A stretch of 64,000 nucleotides of DNA from the NCBI GenBank assembly GCA_947457565.1, contig CANGWH010000002.1:12175-76174 (forward strand). Reading direction: 5' to 3'. The notes beneath the pieces were generated by a model. It was not told where the DNA came from and searched no databases. It saw only the letters and a program-made list of their open reading frames with translations. The position numbers were made by a program, and so were the translations under genes. Of this stretch, positions 19,971 through 30,356 are shown piece by piece. Within the stretch, counting starts at the first letter, position 1; every line of letters begins with the position of its first letter. This DNA is from Flavobacteriales bacterium (GTDB lineage Bacteria; Bacteroidota; Bacteroidia; NS11-12g; UBA955).

Positions 19971-22900
19971 GCTTGAAATAGACATTCAGGGAGTATCTGC
20001 AGAATGGGTTGAATTCCATCGAGAGTCCATCGTACAGAAACTTGTACAAATTTTTAACGATTTCCCGGAAAATGATCTGCAAATATTTCTCGAATTTATA
20101 TCCATTGATATCGGAAAATTCAATAACATTGGTGATTTTCTGCTTTTTCTTGACCTTGAGTTAACGCGATGGCGCCGTCAAATCCTAGAAGATAATTCAA
20201 TTAGCGAAAAACAAAAGTTAGAACCCAATTATTACTCAGACTTTTCCCAAAATGATTGGGATACTGTATTCCTTGAAACCAAAGATTTTTTCAATCCTGA
20301 ACTTGCAACGGACACCGATAAGTTAAAAATCAAATTCATTGAAATCTCTTCTCTATTACAACGAAATCGCGAACAATTTTGGAGATGGCTATTGGATTTA
20401 GGTATAAGTAATGAGTTGATAAGTAAATTTCGTAAATTCATTACCAATCAACAACTACCTAATGAAGCTATAGTTGCTTGGATTACCAGTATGATGGTTT
20501 TGAAGGATAAAAAACCCGATCAATCCTTCGAAAAAATACTCATTCAAATACTCTACAGAAACTTTACAAATTCCTATAAACTTTCAATATTCCTAAAAAG
20601 AAATGACGACGAATTTATACAAATACTGACAGCAAATACAAATAATAATCTCGCACCAGCTAACACGAAATTAATGGGCATTGAAGAATCGGATTGGCTT
20701 TATCTGGACTCCATTAATAATTGGCAGGAATTAGTTGGTTCTAAAATACTATCTCCTGAAATAATTAAGCAGATTCCTTTATCCTACCTCGTAAAGATTT
20801 TATCATCAAACAACTGGAATGATGATTCAATCTTTTGGGACAGTTTATCTCTTTTTTTAATTAATAATAATTTAATTAAAAAATCCGAATTACATAAACC
20901 AATTTCAACTGAGGATTCTCAACAAAAATTCTTCATCATTCAACAATGGTTTTTTAACACATTGCCCGCTGATGATAAAACCGCAGAAATTTCTACGGCA
21001 ATCTTAGTGATACTTTCTCTCAATCAAGACAAATCATCTACAGTAAAATTATTACAGGATTTTATTACTGAAATCTCACCCAATATTTCAACCGCCGAAT
21101 TTCTGCTATTCGAACAAATATGGATAGATATAATTCAAAAATTGAAAAATAATGAATATTCAATCAAATCGTTTAGTAATAAATTTCAGCAGATTTTCAT
21201 ACTAATTAACAAACTACTTAAAACAGAAGAACAGCCTAATTTCAACTTATTTGAATTTCTACAGTCAAAACCTATTGCAATTATCGTTTCAGAAAAAGAG
21301 ATAGATGTAACTCCACTATCAGCGAATGAACTTGGTATTAAAGAAAATGAATCCAATTATCTCTTAACCAATTTATATCGCAACTTTAAGTCTTTTGTAT
21401 CACTATTTCGTTCTAATGAAACGGTAGTTAATATCCTTATAGAAATCAGCAATAAAATTGCCGATAAATCGATTACGACAAATAAAGAAATCCTCCAAGC
21501 ATTTAGGCGCTATTATAAAATTAAAAAATTAGAGTTACTTACAAATTCTATTTCAGCGATTGATAAAAAATTCTTTGTTTCCAATAATATTAGTAATGAA
21601 CTAATACATTGGATTGATTGGATTAATTGGCTAAGTTTAAACCAGTATAAAAAAATCAATTTATCCTTTGATTTTTGGAAATTAACTTATTATAAAAAAG
21701 AAAATAATTCATCCAATCTATACGAAAAAATAAATACGAATATTATCAATATTATAAAAAGTGAAATTTCAGAATCACATAACAAAATTGATAATACACC
21801 TCCGTTATTTAATAAAGAAGAGCTGCTCTGGTTTGAGTCATTTATAGAGGAAATAGACAGTAATGTTTCATTAAATACAAATGATATATCCAATGAAACT
21901 CTAGAATTCTATTTTTCACTATTTAATTACATTCTAATTGAGGAAGCTAGTATTCAGAAATACAATAAATCAAATATTGAGCTACCTAACATTTCTCCTA
22001 ATACTAAAATAGAATTAATTATAGATCTTTACAAAAGACTAACCTCTCCAAATTACATCAATTTTACGTATGATTTATTACGAAAAATTGAAACGAATGC
22101 AGAACTGCAACAAACAAACAATCTCAGTTCTATTTATATATTCAGAGATTCTTTACGCTCAATAATTGAAACTAATTTATTCGAAAATTCAATTAATCAG
22201 ACGATAAAAAATGTACTATCCAAGTTGTTATTAGACCAATACGTTAATGATACAGAAACCAACCATAAATTGCCTGTTTCAGCGTATATCAATGCTGTCT
22301 TTGGCTTTTTTCTGTCATGGCAAGAACAATTAATTGAATTCCAGAAACAAAAATTTTCCAAAACAAATAATCAATTAGAACTTACTGCACCAAAGTTGAT
22401 CAATGCAATCCAGCTTTGGTTAGAAAGCACAAACGCCACATGGGTTAATCCTAAACAATTACCCGTAGAATTAGGAGAATCTCTTGTGGAATTTATGACA
22501 CAGTTGAAGAAAATTGATTTTATCTTTCAGGAGATTCAAGACAAGAATACCGATATTGATATTCAACAATTACAGAAAATTTATCAGTTAGATATTTCTA
22601 TTTTATTTTCTGACTTCTTTGATCAAATTAATTTTCAGCACGAAATTAGTGCAACAATAAAAATCAACTATTTACTCCAAAATAGTATTATAAAAACCAA
22701 TTTAATCATTAAAAATTTAATACACGAATTAATACCCCCTAGCTTCACTATAAATAACCTTATCTCCAATTATGCAGCCATTGGTGATAAAGTATTTGAT
22801 ACATTTATACCCACTTTAAGTGAAATTCATTTGTTTACACTTGTAGATATTCACAACCAATTACAAGAACAAACAAAGCATTTAATACTGAGTATCAATG

Positions 22901-25900
22901 AATATCAAAAATCGTCATTAGTAAATCCTTTCCAAGAAGATATTTTAAACAAAGCATATACGTTGGATATCAATCCTATTATTTTCAAAAATATTTCCAA
23001 AGTCCCCCTCTCTTATTCCATCAATACATGGACCAACAACTTAGAATATTCATATACCATTGATTCAATTTTAAACGACTCAAGTCTCTTTCTAAACCTA
23101 ATTCTAAACCAACATAGAATACCTATCGTTACTGTTACTAATTCTAATCAATCCATTAATAAATATATCTCGAAAGTTGAATTAATCAACGTATTATTTG
23201 GACATCCACGATGGAGAGAACTTTATGTACAATTAACAAGGCGAGAAGGTGAAGGGTTTAAGCAATTAGCCAATCAATTAAATATAGCGGACGTTTTTCT
23301 TATTGTAAACAATAAATTCCCAAGTTCCAATAACTATTCTACAGATATCGAGAACTTAATTACTATTGTTTTGTCCAATATTAATAAAAGTACTAATTTT
23401 TTACAAACGTTTAAATTTTATTGGATACAAATCACACAACCGCCAAATCCTGTAAGAATCCTCCAAATAATTTTAGAAACCTATTTAACGATAAATGAAT
23501 CGAATATTTTACAATTTATTCAATCAATAATAATTCCTTCAACGATATTCAAACGACTTCAGAAATCAGAAAAAAAAGCTCTCGATGAATGGATTAACAA
23601 TCAATTAAAAAATTTCCAACCACGAAAAGAGAATGAATTTTTCGAGACCATACAGCGATTAGAAGAGATTAACGCTATCCCCAAAGAACTAATTAATCAA
23701 ATCGTACTAAAGAAACAGAATTATTCCGTTCGAAATAATTCTCTTAATCAATCGAGGAATCTATCCTTTGATGATTCTAATGATATAAACAATATAATGA
23801 GGGGAAATGAAGTGGATAATAATTTAAAGGAACAACGGAGCGAATCAGAAGATAAATTATCAAGGGATATACCCAATAGCCCCGATCTGAATGAAATTGA
23901 GATAAATTTCACTAATGAAACTACTGAGAAAAAACAAATAGAATTTACCGCTTTCGATGACCCAAATCTAAATGAGTCAACCACGATTGAAGGAAACAAT
24001 GTATTACAAACCGCTGAAAATAAAACAGTCCCTATACTTCCTGGCACGAATCCTTCAAATTCAGCAGATCAAGAAGCTAGATTAATAGATTTCAATACAC
24101 TAGACAACAACAATAATATCCAACAAGAATCATCTCAAGATTTCGTTTCAATCTTCGAAAAAAACAATAACAGTTGGAGTACATTAATTAAGGAAATCAA
24201 CTATAAACTTTTAAGTACCCCAACTATTGCTGAAACCGTTATTGCCGAACAAGTATATTTAATTGCTGAAAAGAAACTACCCAACAATACCGATATAATA
24301 GAGCTTCAAGGCTTCTTTAGGAAAATAATAACCTACAGTATATGGTTTGAGCTATTAGACATTATTCCAACAACCATTTACAGCAGTTTTAATTCATTCT
24401 CGGTTTCCCAAAAAACAGGAATTATAACCTTAATAAAAAACTCAAAAACAAATATTTCAAATGAAATAAAAGTAAAATTTTTAAGTCACATTATTTGGGA
24501 ATATTTAAATTCAAAATCAACGCATTGGCTAATTAAACCCAGTTTTGATTCAGTAACGAGTCTACTCATTGAGATAAAAACTATTAAGCCTTTGCTGTTT
24601 TCAGAGATATTAGCTCAACCTACATTTAAAAAAATTCTAATAAATCGTCAATGGAATTTGCCGATTCAAGAATTCAAAGAATATAGTGACAACCTAAACA
24701 TAAAAGCAAAGCCCATTGATGCCCAGCAAAATATCAACCCCTCAAATAAGGCCATTTATTTCCCAATAATTGAAACTAACTGGGCTGTTTGGCAACAACT
24801 GGACACTCCTTCTGACTCTACCAATATCGAGATTATCCGCTCTATATTAAACAAATATTTATCTTTAAACTATAGCAAATCAAACAGTGTATTAACGTGG
24901 ATAGATTCTTTATTAAGTTTAACCTATTTTAACGAAAAAAATCAATATCCCGAATTTTTATTCAACAAACTGATTATCAATCAATGGATTATAAATGGAA
25001 AAACAAATTTTACTCGATTAAAAAGTGACTCGATTTTCTCTATTTTCAATTACACTATTAACCAAATATCTGGTAATAATGATTTAACTCGACTACCATC
25101 GTCCATTGGTATTAATTTTCATAAAAGTATCGAGGGTCTTTCAAAAGTAGAAGACGAGAGTTTACTTCAAGAAATTGATAACAACTTTAAATTATTAAGC
25201 GACTTTTTTGTAGAAATAGCTACTAAGGTTAAAGATAGAACTACTAACTTAAATACTTCTGAAATTTTAAATACTGTAGAAATTACTGAAGTGCTTAATT
25301 TGAATTTAATCAAACTGTTACTTTCAACTAAACAGCGGAATGCTGATTGGTTCAACAACAATTTTGAATTAAATCAATTTGACAAAATTATTACGTTCAC
25401 CCTAGAAGAACTAGAACTACTTACAACCAAAATATCATCTAATGAACCTAAAATATTAATTACCCAATTAAATCAATTTCACCAATTTATAATTGAATTC
25501 AACAACGGTAAAAACTCCGATAACAATCCGATTTATTGGCAGGTGAGTATAACTGTAATTATTGATGCATTAATTAAGAAATCAATTAATTTATTAAATA
25601 AATATGGTAATAAAACTACTGTAAATAGCCTTTCACAATATCCGATTTTTTCGATTGATGACTTTTTTGATAGTGAATTATTAATTGAGTCGCTTAAAGA
25701 AACTGCGAATTCATCGTTAGAATTAATACGTAAAACGTTGAATCTCACCTCCAATATTGAAACCAGTCTGGTAATATATTGGCTATCTGAAAATTTCAAT
25801 TTCCATCTATCTGAATTTAAACCCTCAGATAATCCTTTGTTAGAAATATTCTTCGATAAATCTGAACAAATACCTGAATCTGATCATGTAATAGAACTTT

Positions 25901-27129
25901 TGGTCCAACAATTAATTGAACTCAACTACGAAGCAGGTTTTAGTACAGATGAGTACTTTATTGAAAGTTTAATTCCATCATTATTGTTATCATTTACCTA
26001 CAGCAGGCCGCAACAAATTAATGAAATTATAGAAAATCGACTCTCGGAAGAATGGAATGAATCGGATACCGAAGAAGATAATAAACAGCCATTATCGAAA
26101 CTAGAAAGTAAAATAAATGAGTCTACTAGCAGCACCGTTGATTCCAACCAAGTTGTTAGTTCCAACAATGTTAAAAGTAGCAAAGATATCAGCTTGAATC
26201 GTAGCAATGGAAGTGACTCAGGAGTTGGTTTAAAGAATGAGGATGACCAAACATTGGGCAATACTGAAGATAGCAGCGTAGGATCAAGTTCCGCACCAAC
26301 CATTCAATTGCCTTATTCTAGAGAATCCATTACGCAGCAACTATTTAAAAATACACCTAATATTTATGGGTCGCTCCGAGAATCATTTATTGAAATTTCG
26401 AATAAAATCAACCCCTCTGAAATTGAAAAACTTGTTGCAAGGATAAAGTCAGCATGGGAGAATCAAATAAAAGCAAGACAAATAATAGAAGGCCATTTAC
26501 AGCAGCCCAATTTATTTAAGGCTATAGAATCCATTCCATTAAATAAAAAAATTGAAATTAAGACAACTAACGAAGTAAAACAGGATAATTCTGCAATTAA
26601 AAAAGCCGTTAACCAAGGGACTCGATTTGCAACTGGGCTTTGTGGAATGATAATGTTAGCACCCTATTATGGGACATTATTTCGCAGAATGAATCTAATT
26701 GAAAATAATAATTTCAAATCGGAAACTGAACAATTAAAAGCTTATTCCATTATATTCCAATTGGCTAAATTACACGAAGAAACACCAACCGATTATCAAG
26801 ATTTAGTACCTAGAATTATAGTGGGCATTCCACCAGAAGCTACGGTTACGGGAATTGTACAATTAAGCGAAGAGGAATTAGAAGAAATTGAAAAATTTTT
26901 AACAGCAGTTAAGGCTCAATGGAAACTCATGAATAATGTAAGTTTACGCGGATTTATTCAATCATTTTTGTTAAGAACCGGTAAAGTCTGGAAAGAAGGT
27001 GATAAATGGAAGATAGAGGTTGACACCCACGGCGCAGATATTATATTAAAAACCGTACCTTGGGGTTTCTCATTTATAAAATACCCTTGGAATCCTTATA
27101 TTATTGAAACCAAATGGGAATTGGAATAA
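19942..27129 (+). CDS. Giant 2395-aa low-complexity, predicted alpha-helical protein; candidate tape-measure (Afp14-like) or cargo protein
   Basis: One uninterrupted ORF, strongly N/I/K/L/E/Q-rich. It has an S/D/E-rich segment near aa 2050-2150 and a more complex, roughly 250-aa globular-looking C-terminal region (GLCGMIMLAPYYGTLF...WKIEVDTHGADIIL). It is the last gene of the operon. Confidence 0.6.
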   Translation: MKSNHLLIHELEIDIQGVSAEWVEFHRESIVQKLVQIFNDFPENDLQIFLEFISIDIGKFNNIGDFLLFLDLELTRWRRQILEDNSISEKQKLEPNYYSDFSQNDWDTVFLETKDFFNPELATDTDKLKIKFIEISSLLQRNREQFWRWLLDLGISNELISKFRKFITNQQLPNEAIVAWITSMMVLKDKKPDQSFEKILIQILYRNFTNSYKLSIFLKRNDDEFIQILTANTNNNLAPANTKLMGIEESDWLYLDSINNWQELVGSKILSPEIIKQIPLSYLVKILSSNNWNDDSIFWDSLSLFLINNNLIKKSELHKPISTEDSQQKFFIIQQWFFNTLPADDKTAEISTAILVILSLNQDKSSTVKLLQDFITEISPNISTAEFLLFEQIWIDIIQKLKNNEYSIKSFSNKFQQIFILINKLLKTEEQPNFNLFEFLQSKPIAIIVSEKEIDVTPLSANELGIKENESNYLLTNLYRNFKSFVSLFRSNETVVNILIEISNKIADKSITTNKEILQAFRRYYKIKKLELLTNSISAIDKKFFVSNNISNELIHWIDWINWLSLNQYKKINLSFDFWKLTYYKKENNSSNLYEKINTNIINIIKSEISESHNKIDNTPPLFNKEELLWFESFIEEIDSNVSLNTNDISNETLEFYFSLFNYILIEEASIQKYNKSNIELPNISPNTKIELIIDLYKRLTSPNYINFTYDLLRKIETNAELQQTNNLSSIYIFRDSLRSIIETNLFENSINQTIKNVLSKLLLDQYVNDTETNHKLPVSAYINAVFGFFLSWQEQLIEFQKQKFSKTNNQLELTAPKLINAIQLWLESTNATWVNPKQLPVELGESLVEFMTQLKKIDFIFQEIQDKNTDIDIQQLQKIYQLDISILFSDFFDQINFQHEISATIKINYLLQNSIIKTNLIIKNLIHELIPPSFTINNLISNYAAIGDKVFDTFIPTLSEIHLFTLVDIHNQLQEQTKHLILSINEYQKSSLVNPFQEDILNKAYTLDINPIIFKNISKVPLSYSINTWTNNLEYSYTIDSILNDSSLFLNLILNQHRIPIVTVTNSNQSINKYISKVELINVLFGHPRWRELYVQLTRREGEGFKQLANQLNIADVFLIVNNKFPSSNNYSTDIENLITIVLSNINKSTNFLQTFKFYWIQITQPPNPVRILQIILETYLTINESNILQFIQSIIIPSTIFKRLQKSEKKALDEWINNQLKNFQPRKENEFFETIQRLEEINAIPKELINQIVLKKQNYSVRNNSLNQSRNLSFDDSNDINNIMRGNEVDNNLKEQRSESEDKLSRDIPNSPDLNEIEINFTNETTEKKQIEFTAFDDPNLNESTTIEGNNVLQTAENKTVPILPGTNPSNSADQEARLIDFNTLDNNNNIQQESSQDFVSIFEKNNNSWSTLIKEINYKLLSTPTIAETVIAEQVYLIAEKKLPNNTDIIELQGFFRKIITYSIWFELLDIIPTTIYSSFNSFSVSQKTGIITLIKNSKTNISNEIKVKFLSHIIWEYLNSKSTHWLIKPSFDSVTSLLIEIKTIKPLLFSEILAQPTFKKILINRQWNLPIQEFKEYSDNLNIKAKPIDAQQNINPSNKAIYFPIIETNWAVWQQLDTPSDSTNIEIIRSILNKYLSLNYSKSNSVLTWIDSLLSLTYFNEKNQYPEFLFNKLIINQWIINGKTNFTRLKSDSIFSIFNYTINQISGNNDLTRLPSSIGINFHKSIEGLSKVEDESLLQEIDNNFKLLSDFFVEIATKVKDRTTNLNTSEILNTVEITEVLNLNLIKLLLSTKQRNADWFNNNFELNQFDKIITFTLEELELLTTKISSNEPKILITQLNQFHQFIIEFNNGKNSDNNPIYWQVSITVIIDALIKKSINLLNKYGNKTTVNSLSQYPIFSIDDFFDSELLIESLKETANSSLELIRKTLNLTSNIETSLVIYWLSENFNFHLSEFKPSDNPLLEIFFDKSEQIPESDHVIELLVQQLIELNYEAGFSTDEYFIESLIPSLLLSFTYSRPQQINEIIENRLSEEWNESDTEEDNKQPLSKLESKINESTSSTVDSNQVVSSNNVKSSKDISLNRSNGSDSGVGLKNEDDQTLGNTEDSSVGSSSAPTIQLPYSRESITQQLFKNTPNIYGSLRESFIEISNKINPSEIEKLVARIKSAWENQIKARQIIEGHLQQPNLFKAIESIPLNKKIEIKTTNEVKQDNSAIKKAVNQGTRFATGLCGMIMLAPYYGTLFRRMNLIENNNFKSETEQLKAYSIIFQLAKLHEETPTDYQDLVPRIIVGIPPEATVTGIVQLSEEELEEIEKFLTAVKAQWKLMNNVSLRGFIQSFLLRTGKVWKEGDKWKIEVDTHGADIILKTVPWGFSFIKYPWNPYIIETKWELE

Positions 27130-27152
27130 AAAAACCTTTGCTTTGATGAAGT

Positions 27153-28400
27153 CTACTTTTTAGGTAAAGTTGCAGTTGGGGCTTCCCCCGTTATATTACT
27201 TTGGATTGTTGGTGCAACAGTTATATTGGATTGTGTAGAATTCAAGGTTGCTGTTTGATTTATACCATTTTCTTTTTTCCAAAGATTCATACCTCTAGCT
27301 TTTTCTTTATCTTCAATTGCTCCTTTAAAATCCCCAATTTTAACCCTCAATACTGACCTAAGAGAATAGGCTTCTGGATAGTTAGAACGTAACGCAATTG
27401 CATCCGATACCTCAATTAATGCCGTAGCAGAATCACCAAGTGCCATTAAATTTTTAGCTAAAAAATAATGAAACTCCGGAATAGAGTCTGCAATTTTTTC
27501 AATTCCCAAATAAATCTCGTTAGCATTATTGTACTTATTTAATCCATCAAAACCTCTGGCCTTTGATAAAAGTAGTGGAATACTATTGGGGTCAGATTGT
27601 AATCCTTTCTCGGCAAATGCCACTGCCAAAGGATACTCCCCTATTATTAAATAATACTCAGACATTACCTGATTCATCATAGTTGCCTCAGGCGCAATTT
27701 TACGTGCCTTTTCCAAATAATTCTTAGCGGTATCTAGCGCATTTACTGCCAACAAGTTTTTGGCCATTACCACAGACGCCTGCCAATTATCAGAATTTCT
27801 AAATAATACGCGTCTACAATCAGCCATTGATTTTTCATATTCACCCATTTCGTAATAAGCACTACTTCTGGACAAATAGACTAAAGAAGAAGTATCGGAT
27901 ATTTTCAAACAATCATTGAAGTATTTTAAAGCAAATCCAAAATTCTTTTTCATCAGGTTTAAGGACCCTAAACTTCGAAGTGCCTCGTAGGAAGTATTTT
28001 GTGATACCTGGGCCGATTTGAAATCATTTTCAGCAGCTACATAGTCTTGAATTTTCAAATTAGATTTCCCACGAATAAGATAAGCCATACCCTCCAATGG
28101 ATCTAATTCAATCGCCTTTGTTAATGACTCAACCGCAAGATTATATTGAGCGCTTTCGTATAGTAATATTCCTTTATTCAAATACGCAATCTTATTATTA
28201 GGGTTTATTCCTATGATTTTATTATACACTTCTATGGCTTCAGATACTTTGCCATTTTGAGCTAATTCGCTTGCGGCTTCTATAAGCAAAGATTCTTGTC
28301 TACCATTACAACTGGCAAAAATTACAAGTGCTATTGTTAAAAATTTTGTAATAAAAATCCGCATATTGAGTAAAAATGTGGGATAATTGTGGATATCCAC
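27153..28400 (-). CDS. TPR-repeat lipoprotein
   Basis: It has a lipoprotein-type signal (FASCNG) followed by multiple 34-aa TPR-like repeats (A..Y/L...G...A). Confidence 0.7.
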   Translation of the reverse strand: MDIHNYPTFLLNMRIFITKFLTIALVIFASCNGRQESLLIEAASELAQNGKVSEAIEVYNKIIGINPNNKIAYLNKGILLYESAQYNLAVESLTKAIELDPLEGMAYLIRGKSNLKIQDYVAAENDFKSAQVSQNTSYEALRSLGSLNLMKKNFGFALKYFNDCLKISDTSSLVYLSRSSAYYEMGEYEKSMADCRRVLFRNSDNWQASVVMAKNLLAVNALDTAKNYLEKARKIAPEATMMNQVMSEYYLIIGEYPLAVAFAEKGLQSDPNSIPLLLSKARGFDGLNKYNNANEIYLGIEKIADSIPEFHYFLAKNLMALGDSATALIEVSDAIALRSNYPEAYSLRSVLRVKIGDFKGAIEDKEKARGMNLWKKENGINQTATLNSTQSNITVAPTIQSNITGEAPTATLPKK

Positions 28401-28439
28401 GAAAGTACTAGGTTTTTTTATTAGATTCGCAATGTTTTA

Positions 28440-30356
28440 ATGAAAATAGTTTTAAGACATACCCATCTCTTACGCACGCTTTTCGCATTTTTTTGTGCAG
28501 CCACTGTCCAATATGGAACACAAGAACTATTTGCACAAACTGACATTAAAACACCGAGTTTAAATTCTCAAATTGAAGCATTTAAAAATTCGGACACCAA
28601 AGAAAAAAAAGAAAAAACTGGCAAGATAAAAGCCTTCATATCCGATACTATACCAACCTACACCGAAGCATTTGGCACATATTTAAAGGAAGTATTAGAA
28701 TATCAGAATCGCCTGGATTACTTAGACGGAGTTAAGCCAACAGCTAATGCCAAACCTAATGCTCAAACGCCAAGACGTGTATTAGAGTTGAATTATTACC
28801 AAACGGTAAAAAAGGCCAATGAAAAAGATTGGACAGGTTTAGAGTATTTGCCTTTTAACGAGAACAATCGCTCCAAAGAAATAAACAAAGAGGTTTATGG
28901 TTTTCATTGTTATTGGCAGGGAAATAAATATGAAAAGTACGATTGGAATGCATTAACTAGAATTGGATATGTTGGGTACGAAATAAATCCAGGAAATGGT
29001 TCCCCTGTTTCCACCCATAATTGGCGGAATACGGCATTACATAAACGAGCAATGCAATACGACGTAGATGTTGATATTGTTGCTAGTATTCGAGGAATTT
29101 CCAACACCAATACTTTTTTAAGTAGAAAGGAAAGTTGGAAAACCTTTGCAGATTCTCTTGTACAATTGCTTAATTTTAGCCAAGGAGATGGTGTAGTGTT
29201 AGATTTCCCTGATGTAAATAAGCAAAATGCTATGGCTTTTGTGGAATTTACACGTTTAGTAAAATATGTACTGAATGAGAATTCGCCACGATTTGAAGTA
29301 GGAATTGCACTACCCCCAGTAGACATTAACAAAGGATTTTCAGTAAAAGACCTAAAAGGGATTGCCGATCGATTTATAATATTTGCCTTTGATTACAACG
29401 ATTTCCAAGGTGTTTTTTGTGCTCCCAATGCTCCGATGCTATCCCCTAACTCCGATGCGTACAGCATGGACAGAAGCTATAATTTCTATGTTGCACAAGG
29501 GATGTTGCCAGAAACTATTACCATGGTTTTGGGAATGTACGGTCAACAGTGGGTTATGGATCAGCCGAACCCTATGAATTCAAAGGCAATTTTTGGTAGG
29601 ACGTTTTCCATTTTCGATTTCGAAGAAGACATGTTAGTTAGATTTAAACCTAACTATGACGATAAATCATTCCAATACTATTCTACGTATTCTTTGGGTG
29701 GGAAATGGATGGTTAATTGGTGTGAAAATATTTATTCGATTTCTATAAAGTCAGATTATATAAATAACAAGAAAATTGGAGGGATTGGATTCTGGGATCT
29801 TGCTCAAACCGTTAGTGGCAATGAGACATTAACAAAATTCTGGCCCTTGATTTATAAAAAATTCTCTAAACAAGACGCCAAACTTCCCGATCAAATTATT
29901 AATCAGTTCTCTGGAATAGGTAATTATAACATGGATAGTATTATTGCCTCGAACGATGCGTTAATAATGTCGGCAATTGATTTAGCTGAAAATCCATTTT
30001 TACCCGAGCAAATAGATACTAAACTATTATCAAAAGCACAGAAAAATGGTTTCCAATATAAGGAATTGGCGAAAGCCATTGGATTGCTTTTTACAATTTT
30101 AAGTGTTTGTGCTGCCATTGCCTTAGTATTTGCAATGTTCGATGAAAAGGCAAGAGAAGTTGTTTTGCACGAACACGGTGCCATGTTATTTGCACCAATA
30201 GCAATGATTTTAGTAGTAATAACTCTTAGAGTTACTAAAATAATACTCAATTCCGAAATGGAATTCCTAATTGGTGCATTATTTGGAATTGGAAGTTATT
30301 ATTTGATACAATATTTAAAGAATCGACAAATTCAAAACAATGAAGAAACCCCTTAA
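28440..30356 (+). CDS. Secreted GH18 (chitinase-like) domain protein with degenerate catalytic motif and C-terminal TM helices
   Basis: It has a signal peptide. DGVVLDFPD stands where GH18 has DGxDxDWE, so the second Asp and the catalytic Glu are replaced. GIGFWDLAQT matches the GH18 C-terminal barrel motif. The C-terminal roughly 100 aa contain 2-3 TM helices. Confidence 0.45.
   Translation: MKIVLRHTHLLRTLFAFFCAATVQYGTQELFAQTDIKTPSLNSQIEAFKNSDTKEKKEKTGKIKAFISDTIPTYTEAFGTYLKEVLEYQNRLDYLDGVKPTANAKPNAQTPRRVLELNYYQTVKKANEKDWTGLEYLPFNENNRSKEINKEVYGFHCYWQGNKYEKYDWNALTRIGYVGYEINPGNGSPVSTHNWRNTALHKRAMQYDVDVDIVASIRGISNTNTFLSRKESWKTFADSLVQLLNFSQGDGVVLDFPDVNKQNAMAFVEFTRLVKYVLNENSPRFEVGIALPPVDINKGFSVKDLKGIADRFIIFAFDYNDFQGVFCAPNAPMLSPNSDAYSMDRSYNFYVAQGMLPETITMVLGMYGQQWVMDQPNPMNSKAIFGRTFSIFDFEEDMLVRFKPNYDDKSFQYYSTYSLGGKWMVNWCENIYSISIKSDYINNKKIGGIGFWDLAQTVSGNETLTKFWPLIYKKFSKQDAKLPDQIINQFSGIGNYNMDSIIASNDALIMSAIDLAENPFLPEQIDTKLLSKAQKNGFQYKELAKAIGLLFTILSVCAAIALVFAMFDEKAREVVLHEHGAMLFAPIAMILVVITLRVTKIILNSEMEFLIGALFGIGSYYLIQYLKNRQIQNNEETP

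Noticed and set aside
20232-26303. Several 64-101-aa minus-strand ORFs within the giant gene
   Set aside because: Low-complexity AT-rich sequence generates long antisense ORFs by chance. The single 7.2-kb sense ORF is far more parsimonious.
4765-27129. Considered a canonical Bacteroidetes T6SS (subtype iii) or a myovirus prophage
   Set aside because: The sheath is a single phage-like gene with no TssB/TssC pair, and a LysM initiator and tape-measure-like gene are present. No capsid, portal, terminase or integrase genes are in the window.
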